From the human T2T-CHM13v2.0 reference genome, Homo sapiens, in NCBI RefSeq assembly GCF_009914755.1, contig NC_060926.1: a stretch of 64,000 bases of DNA, one strand, 5' to 3'. A model generated the notes under the pieces. That model saw only the letters and a program-made list of their open reading frames with translations, did not search any database and was not told where the DNA came from. The position numbers and the translations under genes are program-made. Numbering within the stretch: the first letter of the stretch is position 1; every line of letters begins with the position of its first letter. Shown one piece after another: positions 1 to 13,049 of this stretch.

Positions 1-176
1 ATCATCTTTGTTTCAAAGCTGAACTATAAACTAAGTTCCTCCCAAGTTAGTTTGGCCTACACCTAGAGATGAACAAAGGCAGCCTGGAGGTTAGAAGTAA
101 GATGGAGTCAGTTAGGTTAGATCTCTTTCACAGTCATAATCTTCTCACTGTCACAATTTTTCCAAAAGTGGTTTCA
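1..176 (-). mobile_element. LTR8/LTR8A-like ERV1 LTR, 5' part (runs off the window start)
   Basis: Reverse complement starts TGAAACCACTTTTGGAAAAATT and contains GAAAGAGATCTAACCTAACTGACTCCATCTTACTTCTAACCTCCAGGCTG, matching the recalled LTR8 5' end. Confidence 0.75.
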
Positions 177-394
177 GTTATCTAATAAATATTTGTTGAA
201 TGAATAAATAAATTAACATTTTAAAAGACAATATTTATTAAAATCTTGTTGATGTTTATTCCTGTTAAGTCCCTCTATACTTAACCTGCATACAATGTCA
301 GATTGCAATACTTGTATGCATTGTAATTTATGCTTACCAGTATACAAGAGTAATAATTGGCCTTACAGGAATATATATGCATGATTTTATTTTA

Positions 395-558
395 ATTATT
401 GATTTACTTCTCTGTTTCCCTTATGATAATGAAGCTCCTTGAAGGTAAGGCATATCTTATTTTTCATTTTGAAAGCTCAGTGTCTAGCACAGTGCCTTAG
501 GTGTATGAGTCACTCAAAAATTGGTTGCTTATAAATAAAAGAATGAATAAATGAATGA
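395..558 (+). mobile_element. L2 3' end fragment
   Basis: gaagctccttgaaggtaagg...cagtgtctagcacagtgcc...gaatgaataaatgaatga, typical of the L2 tail. Confidence 0.6.
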
Positions 559-904
559 TTTGGGGATAAAAAAATGTATCACACATAAAGAAGACAGGAA
601 CTTTTCTTGTACATGGCGTCCACTAAAAATAAGCTATATTTTATAGATTACAAAATATATCCACACAGAAGATTTTACTTGTCTTTATGATATAACATTA
701 AAGTAAAAAGCACAGAAATTGTTCACCATTTCTGTCACTTGTCATTGCTCCACATTTATGCTAATGTTATCCAGTTCTTTTACTTATTTTGAATATTAAC
801 TTTCGATTGACTTTTGGCTGCATGATACATACATACACATGGACAGATCCATAATTAATTGAACATTTGGATGACTTTACCATACTGCTAAAGTTATAAT
901 AGAC

Positions 905-1137
905 ACAATAGTTAACATTTGTTGACTATATACTACATATTGTGACAAATGTTAAATATTAATTGTTACATTTATCTTAACAACCATGTGAAGGAGATTA
1001 TATAAGTGTTTGCATTTTCCCGCAAGGAAATGGAAGCATAGAAAAATCAAGTAATTTATAGAAATTTACACATTCAGCAACTAGAGCTGGGATTTGAACC
1101 CAAGTGAACTGACTTCATCATTCTCTTAAATACTATA
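905..1137 (-). mobile_element. MIR SINE
   Basis: aacaaccatgtgaag...gaaatggaagcatagaaa...agagctgggatttgaacccaag, the MIR core in reverse. Confidence 0.65.
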
Positions 1138-1501
1138 ATATAATGTCATCCTCTCCACACAAATAATCATAAAATATCGTTAAAAAGCCAGTACTAGGCT
1201 AGACCTTCTAAATTTGACACTGTTTAACATTGTAACAGTTTGTAACTTCACAAATGTACCCTACAGATGAAGAAACAACACGTAGCAGGAGGCTGTATTG
1301 CCTTTAATAGCTTGTTTTACATGATGGTGTGGAATTAAATAACTGTAATAATTTGAATTCCACTGACATATATTGCCACTGCTCTTGTAATAGTCTATCA
1401 ACTCACAGAGTCCTCTCTTAATTCACCACTAGTTTCTGGGAACCCCAGGGGATATAAAAAATGCTCATAAACATGTCTCTTTCCATCAGTCGTCATGAAC
1501 T

Positions 1502-1503
<2 letters not shown>

Positions 1504-1548
<45 letters not shown>
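1504..1548. repeat. (TG)22 microsatellite in place of the adjacent Alu tail
   Basis: Direct read. Confidence 0.97.
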
Positions 1549-1550
<2 letters not shown>

Positions 1551-1829
1551 TTGAGACAAGGTCTTGCTCTGTCACCTAGAGCGGTAAAATCATTGATGCT
1601 CACTGCAACCTCAAACTCCTGAGATCAAGTGATCCTCCTGCCTCAGCCTCCTGAGATGCTGGGATTACAAGTGTACACCACCATGGCCAGCTGCTCTTTT
1701 AATGATTTGGTAGAAATAGGGGTCTCATTATATTGCTCAGGCTGGTCTCAAACTCCTGAGCTTAAGTGAATCTCCTGCCTTGGTCTCCCAAAGTGCTGGA
1801 ATTACTGGCACGAGTCATTACACCCACCC
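1549..1829 (-). mobile_element. AluJ
   Basis: gagacaaggtcttgctctgtcacc...gatcctcctgcctcagcctc...ctcccaaagtgctgg; diverged, with J-type diagnostics. Confidence 0.9.
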
Positions 1830-1991
1830 TGTGATCTTTGGGTAAAGGTGATTGCCCTCTATAATGTAAGTGGGACTCATGCAAACAGTTGAAGGCCTAA
1901 ATAGAATAAAAAGGCCAGCCTTCCTAAACTGGAAAAAATACTCCAGCAGATTGCTTTTAGTCTCTCTCTCTCTGGTTCTTTCAGTCTCTCT

Positions 1992-2036
<45 letters not shown>

Positions 2037-2565
2037 GATATAGATAGATATAGATATACATCTATGGTGTAGTAGATATACATATCTACTATATCTATTA
2101 TATACATCTATAGTATAGTAGATATACATATCTACTATATCTATTATATACATCTATAGTATAGTAGATATAAAAATATCTACCATATATTTATAGTAGA
2201 TATAAAAATCTACCTCATATTTATAGTAGATATAAAAATATCTACCATATATTTATAGTAGATATAAAAATCTACCTCATATTTATAGTAGATATAAAAA
2301 TATCTACCATATATTTATAAGAAGAATATAAATATCTAGCACATATTTATAAGTAGAATATAAATATCTACCATATATTAGTAGTAGATATATAAATGCA
2401 TACTATATAGATGAATCTATTTACAGATATATAAATATATAGTAGATATTATATCTATATATCCATATATTATCTTATATATATCTGTATATTATATTAT
2501 ATATCTATGGATCTATAATATCTATCTCTGGATAATACTGTTTCTCTGGAGAATGCTTAGAATGC
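1830..2565 (+). mobile_element. MLT2 (MLT2D/C-like) ERVL LTR with expanded internal simple repeats
   Basis: gattgccctctataatgtaagtgggactcatgcaaacagttgaaggcctaaatagaa at the start and ctgtttctctggagaa near the end; (TC)n, (CA)n and AT-rich arrays lie between. Confidence 0.75.
1995..2520. repeat. (CA)20 followed by AT-rich minisatellite (46 bp unit x2; alternating 32/30 bp units)
   Basis: Units tagtagatataaaaatatctaccatatattta and tagtagatataaaaatctacctcatattta alternate across about 2162-2318. Confidence 0.9.
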
Positions 2566-4852
2566 TCATATCCCAGGCCCAGCTATCAATGACCTAGCAT
2601 GTCATGGCACCCAGGCTACTTGGTGATTTGTGACAAAATGGAGATAAAGGCCACTGCTAGTCATGCAGTGTTTTGTTAGAGAGCTCTTTAAGCAGGGCTG
2701 TTTGTGGCCTTACGTTTTACGGAGATTTTTCTGTAGAGTGTTTTTACAGTTCTTTTTCTCTGTACAATCTGTGGGAGTGGGCTGGAAGTACCCACCATGG
2801 TGGAATTCAAATCATGACTCCCCTTCGACAATAATGACTCTGGCTTAAATAGTCGGCTATCATGCACAGCTACTTCTTCCCTTGGGATGAATTATCTTCC
2901 TCTGTTAGTGTCAGTTTGGCCTGTTATGTAATTTATTCAAGACATGCTCCAGACAATTTTCAAGTTACATTCTTTCCCAAGGGTTTCTTCAAATGCCATG
3001 GAAGGGAATTCTCTTAGGAATATATCACCAGGACTCTAAGGATGCTCACACATGCCTGAATACCAACAAAGGGAATGTTTTTGCAGTGTGCTAGAGAAAT
3101 ATTTTGATATGTATAGTAATTCCCCTGGCATTCATACTCTGTGGAAAATCAACTCTTCTGTACCTTTCTATATTTTTCAATTTTACCCAATAAGCACATA
3201 ATACTAAAAGTCCCAGTAACTTCACATATGGACATAAGAGGGACTGTAATTTTACTCAAATTTGTTTGTGTAAAAAAGGTCCCTACATGAGGAATGAGGA
3301 CATATTCTAGCCTTGTATGCGGCAGTGCTTTGGGATAAATGTACTTTGCTTGATCTGACCAGTAAGTGCACATGGGGACAAATACGTAATATCTGAATGG
3401 TCCAAAAAAAGCTGGCTTATACAACCATATTAATTATCATTCCAAAGAAGGTGAGATTGGGAAGAAAATGTAAGAATAGAAAAATATACAATCTAAAATA
3501 GCAAGTTCTATTTAATTTTTTGAGATAGTGACCAAGGACAGCTAATTAGGGTTTAATGTTTAACTGAATAAGGTCACAGCTGTACTTTTGGTTTTCCTCC
3601 TATTATTAAGTCTTCTACAAATGATGGAATTTGGGGACCTGTTTTAGGATTAGAGGAGAAAATGTACTTAATATTGCAGGAGATAAAAAGAAGATTCTCT
3701 AGGCATTAGGCAACTTCATTACTACCTACACATTACCTGTCTTAAAACAATAACTGCTTAGTCAATGACTCATCCAAACCAAACGTGCAAAGTGTGCAAC
3801 AAACTTTAAGTAAATCAAAAGTCTTACCTTCCATCCTCTGGTGTTAAGAAAAAAGATTAACATCGAGGATATAGAAAATACAAGGTGATGGAAAATTTAC
3901 TACGCCTGTGGATACTAAGGGGTTTCAATATCAGCCAACCTCAATTATCTGTTTTACAAACAAAGACACCTCAATTATGTCCCCAGAACCATAACTACTA
4001 GCCTGGAGGTTACCCTCTGGATGATTTCAGGAGGTAACAAGGAGGCAGGTCTGCTTGTCAAGTTAAGCTACATTTCTGCCCCATTAATATTGGATATGTC
4101 AGTATCTAACTGACTTCACGGAGAGAGCACTTTCCTGTTACTGAATAACCTGCTCATTTTTAAAATCCCAAAATATTACTGTTAGAATTCTTAAGCAAAA
4201 ACTATTAACTGTAGTATTTATCTTCTACTTTTAAAGTTGTTAACTATTTTGTGTTTTAAAGCTTCTGAACATAAAAGTTACCCATTGAATTAAAACAAGT
4301 AAGTTTTCTTAATAACAATATAGTGATAATATACTAATTTTGAACTTCTTAGTGATAGTGTTAATTTTGAATTAGGGAATTTTATGTACATTGATAAAAT
4401 TTTAGGAATGGCATTGGATATGGCCTAATTATAAAGTTTCTTTTATAATATTACAAAAACTATATATTTTACCACTGTTTTAGCACTATCTTATTCTCTC
4501 TTTACCTGAGTTAAGGGTGTTTAAGTATATCCCTTGCCTGTTGAAAAATGCTAAAAAGCATTATTTTGCTTTCCTGTATATATTCTCCAGTATTCCATGA
4601 TTAAAATGATATTCTCTTTCAAATATTCAGTTTTACTATACATAACTTACTATTAATTTTGCAAAAATACTAATCATTGGAAGGACTAGAAGTAAAAAAA
4701 AAATTATGATTACATTTCCACAAATACAAAATAGTACCAAAAGTCTTCCCCAGGACTTCAGAACAAAACCATGATTCTTATCTAATTTTTTCTCTCATCA
4801 CATTCCTCTTGGTATTTACTTATGGCTAATTAGAAATAATGATATTATGATC

Positions 4853-5839
4853 TACGGCAGGCACTGTTTGTTGCTGAAGAAACAGCCAGCCATCCTTTTC
4901 CAATTTTTCTTTGTTAATACAACAACAGATTTACTCACACATCAGGTGGCCACCTGCATTAGAAAGATGAGCTCCCCTTAGACCTAGCTAGAGGTTGAAT
5001 CTTGATTACTGAATATCATGACAATTCCATTCCTCTCAACCTTGATTGATATAGATGAGATTTTATTATGCAATTCTGGAGAAGTACAGTGTTGAGGAAA
5101 TCATCCAGGGGCTTCTGGAATGGGTTTCATCCATCTTAGAAAGATCAACACCCTTTTTGTCCCTTTTAGCATTTAGATGGTTGGGGATGGTAGCATGCTG
5201 AAAGCTATTCAGTTTGCTACGGTTTGAATGTATCCCCCAAAATTCATGTGTTGGACATTTAATTCCCAATGCAACGGTGTCAAGAGGTGAGACCGTTAGC
5301 AGGTAATTAGATAATGAGATGATCTGTCCTCATCAATGGATTAATGATATTATCATGGGAGTTGGTTACTTATCATGCGAGTAAGTTCCTAATAAAAGGG
5401 TGAGTTCAGATCTCTTCCTCTTTGCTCCTGCACTCTCTTGCCCTTCTGCCTTTCAACATGGAATAATCAGCATGAAGACCCTCACCAGATGCAGGCAAGC
5501 TGACACTGGATTTCCTGGGTTCCAAAACTGTGAAAAATACATTCTTTCCTTTATAAATTACCCAGTCTATTGTAGTCTGTTATAACAACACTAAATGGAC
5601 TGATATTTTCTTAACCTCAAAAAGGGTCAGATCTGAGGACATTAGCTGACAGGGTGAGGATACATGCACCGGAAGATTTTTTAAAATGAGTGTTTGAGGA
5701 TTTTATTATCTCACCAATCCAACAAATTCTGGAACCTCCTTCCCAGTACTCTTGTTACATGAAGGCTTAACGTTCTTACTGTTTAAGCAATTTTGAGTTG
5801 GGTGTGGTGCTACCTTAGCTGAAAAGGTTCTAATTAATA
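4853..5839 (+). mobile_element. Old MaLR LTR (MLT1J/K/L-like), split by an MST LTR
   Basis: 3' end tgtttaagcaattttgagttgggtgtggtgctaccttagctgaaaaggttctaattaata resembles the MLT1K terminus. Confidence 0.5.
5215..5604 (+). mobile_element. MST (MSTD/MSTB-like) MaLR solo LTR
   Basis: tgctacggtttgaatgtatcccccaaaattcatgtgttgg...gaccctcaccagatgcag...ttataaattacccagtct...aaatggactga. Confidence 0.85.
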
Positions 5840-6749
5840 TTTTCCTGCATTGAAAAGCCATGTGTATTTCTTACCTGTTTTCACTTTAGAGCCAAGGTCG
5901 TGGAACTTTGAGAAGAAATGTTGAATCCCTGCCCTCAGAGAGACCACACTTTCCTCCAAATAACTGTTGTTGAGGCTGCTAAAGAGCACATTCTGAAAGA
6001 ATATGGACATTCTTAGGTAATAAATTTGAAATCAGGAATTCCCATCAAACTTTGTTAACTATACAGTTATTTTTAAATGTTACAGAGTGACTACTGTTGA
6101 ATTAATTAGACTAAATTTGCATAACTGTATAGAAGGTGTAGAATTATCTTTATATATACATAGTATTATACATTTTTTGTCTTACAAACACTATAGACTA
6201 ATCTATAATCTGTGTCAATATTATGCATGTAGTGAGATTTAGAATCTAGAAGCTTCACCAATTTTTCAGAGAGCAACTCAGAAACTACAAACTTTCTTGT
6301 TAGAACAGATGGGTTTTTTAAATTGATGTTGTAGTGCATAATTCTACCTCTGTTGAATCATTTTAACAAGAAAGTGTTTTAAATGTTCCACCAGTTGGCT
6401 GGTCAAATTAATATCAGGCACCAGTTAAGATATACATCACAAGCATAAATCTATCTAGTGACCCATGAGCAAGTAAAACTATATCTGCAAAAGAGTCTTT
6501 CTAGAAGAGAAGGTCACAAATATATCTTAGAAAGTAATATGAAAATGAAAGTTTCATATTGGTTTCAATTTCCAGCCAGTGATAATTATAATATGACACA
6601 GGTCTATCTTAAATATAGTCATCTGAATATTTGAAACAAATAACAAAAGAACGAAAGCAATTAAATTCTCGAATTTTAGTGTTCAAAATGTCCTGAAGGA
6701 AAATGTACTGTCTCAATACTAGATTTAAACTAGGTTAAATAAGTGGATT

Positions 6750-7076
<327 letters not shown>

Positions 7077-7227
7077 TCACATATTTGTTGTTCATTGGTT
7101 TAATAGTGTACAAACATATTTAGAACATTATAAGTATTACCCCTCATCAGCAGCCAAAAAGTTTTACATCCAAATAATTTTAGTAAAGAACAATGTAGTT
7201 TATTCATTTAATTCCAATGTAGCTCAT

Positions 7228-8970
7228 ATCTTTTTGGTGCTTTTATTTTTAGTTGACATGTAATAATTGTGCATATTTATGGGATACAGAGTGATATTTT
7301 GATACATGTAGAAAATGTATAGTGATCAAATCAGAGTAATTAGCATGTCTACCACCTCAAACATGTATTCTTTCTTTTAGCTTTTCAAAAATATACAGTA
7401 GATTATTGTTAACCATATTTACCCTACGTTACCATAGAAAACTAGAACTCATTTCTCCTATGTAGCTGTCATTTTGTATCCATTAACCAACTTCTACCTA
7501 TCCTCCTCTCCGCTATCCTTCTGATCTTTTAATAATCACAATTCTACTCTCTACTTCTACAGCTCCCTCATGAGTAAGAATATGCAGTATCTATCTTTCT
7601 GTGCCTATCCTACTTCATGTAACATAATGTCCTCCAGGCTCATATATGGTGCTGACAGTGACAGGATTATATTCATTTTTATGGCTGAATATTACTCCAT
7701 TGTATATATAACACATTTCTTTATTAATTATCCGATGGGCATTTAGGTTGATTCCATACCATGGCTAATGTTAATAATGCTGCCATAAATATGAGGTGCA
7801 GCTATCTCTTTTACATACTGATTTTTTTTAGTTGAGCATGGTGGTATGCATCTGTAGTCCTAGCAACTTGGGAGGTTGAGGTGGGAGGATCACTTGATCC
7901 CAAGAATTCAAGGCTTATGTGAGCTATGATGGCAGTGAGCTATGATGCATTCCAGCCTGGGCAAAAGAGCAAGACCTTGTTTGTAAACAAAAAAAAAAAA
8001 AAACAAAAATAATACACTGATTTCCTTTCCTTTAGATAAATACCCAGTAGTGGGATTGCTGTACCATATGGTAGTTCTAGTTTTACGGGAAACCCCATAA
8101 TGTTTTTCACAGTGAATACAAAAACTACATGCCCACCAACAATGTATGAGTTCCCTTTTCCCCATACTCTTGCCAGCATTTATTTGTCTATTCAATAACA
8201 GCCATTCTAACTGGGTAAGATGATATCTCATTTTTGTTTTGATTTACATTTCTCTGATGATGAGTGATGTCGAGAATATTTTATATATTTGACTATTTGT
8301 ATGTCTTCTTTGGAGAAATGTCTATTTAGAATCTTCCCATATTTAATCAGTTTCTTTGTGGGTTTTTTGTTTGTTTTTGCACTGTTGTTTGAGTTCCTTG
8401 CAAACTTTGGATATTAGTCACTTGTCAGATGAATAGTTTGCAATTTTTTTTCTACTCTACAGGTTGCCTCTTCATTCTGTTGATTGTTTCCTTTACTATG
8501 CAGAAGCTTTTCAGTTTGTTATAGTCTCTTTTGTCTATTTTTGTTTTGTTGCTTGTGCTTTTGAAGGGTTACCCATAAAATCTTTGCTTAGACCAATGTT
8601 CTGAAGCATTTCCCCTGTTTTCCTTTAGTTGTTTTATAGTTTTGGGTCTTATGTTTAAGTTTTTAATCCATTTTGAGTTGACTTTTATATATATCATGAG
8701 AGATAGGGATATACTTTCATTCTTATATATATGAGTATCTATTTCTTTCAGCACTGCTTCAGGGTATACTTTCCTCAATTGTGTTCTTGGTGCCTTTGGA
8801 GAAAATCAGTTGGATATAAATACTCGGGTCCCTGTTGGTTCCCTGCTGAAGTCTCGCATTTTCCTTTAGACTTTCTATTCAACATGTGGTCATCTACTCA
8901 CGGTTTTTGTCTTTCTTTGTGGAAGAGGTGAGTGCGGGGCACGTCTAGTCAGCTGTCTTGCTGATGTCTC
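7228..8970 (-). mobile_element. L1MA (about L1MA4-6) with ~150 bp 5' end joined to ~1.4 kb 3' end; TSD cca(a/c)tgtagctcat
   Basis: L1MA-type 3'UTR at ~7245-7600 and ORF2 C-terminal remnants (MRYHLT, KVNSKWIKNLNIRPKTIK). 8823-8970 reverse-complements to an L1M-type 5' start. TSD at 7214-7227 and 8971-8984. Confidence 0.8.
7828..8010 (+). mobile_element. Alu right monomer (FRAM or 5'-truncated AluJ) inside the L1MA
   Basis: gcatggtggtatgcatctgtagtcctagc...ccagcctgggcaaaagagcaagacc plus A tail; flanked by actgattt on both sides. Confidence 0.85.
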
Positions 8971-9075
8971 CCACTGTAGCTCATTTCAAAGACCATATTA
9001 TATAAAGGGAGCCTTTTAAGTTAAACTATCCATGATTACTGCTTCCACAGTAATTTTACTAAAATTAAATAAGGA

Positions 9076-9561
9076 TGCGGCACTATTCACAACAGCAAAG
9101 ACTTGGAACCAACCCAAATGTCCATCAGTGATAGACTGGATTAAGAAAATGTGGCACATATACACCATGGAATACTATGCAGCCATAAAAAGGATGAGTT
9201 CATATCCTTTGTGGGACGTGGATGAAGCTGGAAACCATCATTTTCAGCAAACTATTGCAAGGACAAAAAACCAAACACCGCATGTTCTCACTCATAGGTG
9301 GGAATTGAACAATGAGAACACTTGGACACAGGAAGGGGAACATCACACACTGGGGCCTGTTGTGGAGTGGGGGAATGGGGGAGGGATAGCATTAGGAGAT
9401 ATACCTAATGTAAATGTGAGTTAATGGGTGCAGCACATCAACATGGCACATGTATACATATGTAACAAACCTGCACGTTGTGCACATGTACCCTAGAACT
9501 TAAAGTATAATAAAAATAAAAAATAATAAAATTAATAAATAAATAAAATTAATAAATAAAT
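9076..9561 (+). mobile_element. 5'-truncated L1PA (L1PA4/5-like) 3' end; TSD aaaattaaataagga
   Basis: ORF2 tail ([27 protein letters not shown]), 3'UTR and A-rich tail; 15 bp TSD at 9061-9075 and 9562-9576. Confidence 0.93.
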
Positions 9562-10021
9562 AAAATTAAATAAGGAACTTTTGAACTTTCAACCCTATCC
9601 TATGGGCTAACTAGGAACTTACCAGTAAGTTACAAGTTCTGTTTTATATAAATTGGAAAGAGAAGTAGGGACAATTTGTAGGCTTGGACTCCTCTGGGAA
9701 TGCTGCTGGTTACCAGTCGGCTGGTGGATCTGTTGGGTTGAAAGTATGAGGAAAAGTATATCACTTCCAAGATTTTCTGCTTATATCCTTATTAATTTCT
9801 TCTAACATAATTACTTTATTATAGTGTAATTATTGAAGACTAGTGATCCACCAAGAACCATCATCTCTTTTCAGCAATTTATTCACATAGACTTACATCT
9901 TTCTAATTGTGTAACTGATTTTAACAAGTGTACTTTGATATATTTGCTGATGGCTACATGGGCAAACTCAGTGTCAAGTGGTATAGTAATGAATTCATTA
10001 TACTGATATCTGGGATAAGAA

Positions 10022-10409
10022 GTAGTCAGTCTAGAGTAGGTCTATGCTGTGGAAACAAGCATCCCCAAAGTTTCCATGGTTTAACAAAACAAAGATTTTT
10101 TTTTTCTCCCCAGTACCTATTTTGTTATAGATTTGGGCAAATGTTGATAACAATCAGGGCCCAGCAATGCTGACTGTACTGCTCTTATAGCACTCATCTC
10201 AGCAGGAGGACTTGCCTGTTGTCCCCTCAGCAGAGGAGACAGCTGGAGAGTTGTGAACTTGCTTTTTCAAGCTTGGGGTGGGGGTGATATATCACTTATA
10301 CCCACAGCCCATAGGCCAGAACTCATCACATGGTCCCAGGTAAATAGAAGGGCACAGGGACATGGCAGTGCAGATAGAGCATTTGGCAGTTGCAATTGTC
10401 TCTGCCATA
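10022..10409 (-). mobile_element. MLT1I/J-like MaLR LTR
   Basis: tatgctgtggaaacaagcatccccaaag...ggtttaacaaaacaaagattt...ataggccagaactcatcacatggtccca. Confidence 0.6.
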
Positions 10410-11314
10410 GTGGAAGTCTAAAACTGTTCATGATTCATAGTGACAACAACAGCAAAACATTTCTGCTAACATTCCAGAAAAGAGTTGTGAATGGAGAACA
10501 GGAGAAACTAACTGAGATATAACCAACTCAGATGTTACCAGTTATCACTTAGCAGATTGAAACTCATTTCATATTGATTTATCATCTTCCACACCTGCAA
10601 ATAAATTGATTTTTAGATTCAGAGAGTCAAGAAATGTTAAAAAGCCAGATGTTAAGTATAAGTTAATTCTCCATGTGTCTTTATAGACCCCTCTTTTTTC
10701 CACTTTTCATTTACACTGCATTAATAGAAAAAAACCATCAAATAAAAGTTCCCTCTATTTTGAAAAGCATATATTTGGTTAATAAGTTTAATAAATCATG
10801 ACTTTTAAACCCTTAATATAGCTTATAATTATTATGACCCGGCACTATTCTCCACAGGTGAGAAACTTGAGGAGGGCCACCGAGTTTAAATGACTATTAT
10901 TTCTCTTGCTTGAACTTAAAACACACAGAGGGCTCCATGTCTTCTGAGTTCAATTCCTGTGTTCATATCTTGCTTCCTTTGTCCTGTATTTTGAAAATAG
11001 CCCTATATTGTGTTCTGTCTTACCCACTAGACAAAGGGCTTCATAAGATCAAGTGACCTGGATATTTGGTATGTGCTTGATCTGCATTGTAGGGATTACT
11101 GCCTTATATAGTCCAAAGGTCTAAGGAAGCACCAGGGATGCATTCACACTTATGTACACACTGATGTCATCAGATCTAGGTTCAATATTTTGGGAAGATA
11201 CATAATATTCACTACAGAATAAAATCCACACCACAATTCTAATTCCCTAAATAAGATTATTTTCTAGAGCAAATCAGTGATGACAAAAAGAGGGGAAACA
11301 GAGGAAGGGAAGAG

Positions 11315-11481
11315 ACAGTTCTAGGCATGATGCTTACACAATATTGTTTAATATTCACAACAGCCATATTTATAAATGAGCTAACCGGCTCAGAGAAGTT
11401 CAGTAACTTTCCAAAGTCACTTAAATTTGAGATTTGATCCCACATCTACCTGACTTCAAACTGTGTATTTCCCCAATTCCA
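11315..11481 (-). mobile_element. MIR SINE
   Basis: aaatgagctaaccggctcagagaagttcagtaactttccaaagtcac...tacctgacttcaaa. Confidence 0.7.
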
Positions 11482-11999
11482 TAATGACTCAATACAATGA
11501 GAATATTTAGTATGTTAGTAAATAAAAATATTGTGAAAAATGGCATGTCCCACTTCCCCATTCCTTTCTCCTTGATGTGTTATTTACTTTTACATCAGGC
11601 AGGAATTGAATCCACCATTGCAGCAGTAAGTCCATCAGTTGATTTGCTTTATTAAATAAGATTGTAGTGCATGAGGGTCACTGATCAAATAATTCCCCTA
11701 GAGCTGGCCTCTGCAGTTTTCTTCTTTGGCTGGAAAAAGTCAGAGGGCAGAGCTGTCCTCATCCTAGGTAAACACATTTTTGGGAAATCACAGAGTTTAG
11801 GAAAATAGTAACCTCTCTTAAATGCATACCCAAATACTCTAAAAAGGAATATGTTCTGGTATTAACAGGAGAGAGGACACCCTTCTTTCTTCTGTGATCT
11901 TTTAGCTCCCTTTGCATTCCAGAAAACTCTCTGGGGGTAGTTTATTTCCTGTTTCTTCACTGGATGTCAGAGACATTTCTGATACCACAGACACTTCAA

Positions 12000-12155
12000 A
12001 TATTTATTTATGTATTCATTCGCTAAATATATATTTATTGAATAAATATTTATTGGATTTTCAAATGCCAGAAACTTCAGGTATTGTGTACAACTGAGAA
12101 TATATGTATTCCTCTCTTTCAATTTACAGTCAGGAAAAGGAGGCAGATAAAGACA
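12000..12155 (-). mobile_element. L2 3' end fragment
   Basis: tattcattc...aaatatttattg...atgccagaaact, the reversed L2 tail. Confidence 0.45.
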
Positions 12156-13049
12156 GCATGAGGGCAGAGGAAAGAGCAGTTATTTCCTCTCCATCTCTTA
12201 AAATATGATGAACGAGATGAACAGATTTCAATGTTCCATTAGAATTTGCAACTTGAGGATATTGGGACAAAGATCACATCCAGAATCTTTTATTGGAGCA
12301 GTCTGCATTCTCCTTCTGCTCTCCCATCTTGGATTATCCTTGAGGCCAGAGGAGCAAGCCAAACTCTCTGCTCACTACCCACATGATTGCTACCAAGTTT
12401 GCATGAAATCTCATGTTTGTGATTCCGTCTAAGTAGCATGTTTTTTCCAGGCAGTAAAACTTGTTACCGATTTGGTGGAATAGGGATGAGACCAAGACAA
12501 AAATGTTTTATGTGTATTTTTAGGCTGAATGAGAAGTGGTGAGGTAGAAAGGCAGGCAGAAGGTGGCTTAAATTAAGGAAGACATTTTCTGATTACTGTC
12601 TCTGGGTAAAAATTGAATGCACTTCCCATGAGTCAACTATCCCTTTGTTTACCTGGGCACAAGCTGGATGCTCATCCAGCAGGGATGTTGTCAAAGGGTT
12701 TCAAGTTTTAGACAGAGAATTAGACTAGATAACTTCTAAGCAGTTATCTATCTTAAAATGCATAGAATTAGAAAATCAAGGAGTCCTAGTACATTACAGA
12801 TTTAGGAAAACCTTTTCTCACTAGTACAAATGAAATATATTTTATTTAAAATTTGGGAGTGAAAGCATAATGCATTTGAAAGAATGCAGATATATTTCAC
12901 TGAATTGGGAATCTCAAAGTATACAAAATGCTAAATTAAATATATTCAATAATCAAAATATCGCCTCATATTTTGTGTTGATATTTGCAACTTGATTGAA
13001 GCAGGAGCCTGGTTTTAATTGGAAAATTTGACAAACGAACTACGTTTAA

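Noticed and set aside
1818-2153. 111 aa ORF
   Set aside because: Translation of microsatellite and MLT2 sequence (CVCVCV, ERER); not a gene.
3821-3860. Minus-strand microexon-like motif ttttttcttaacaccag|aggatggaag|gtaag
   Set aside because: 10 nt and not frame-preserving, with no supporting neighbouring exons; such motifs occur by chance in 64 kb.
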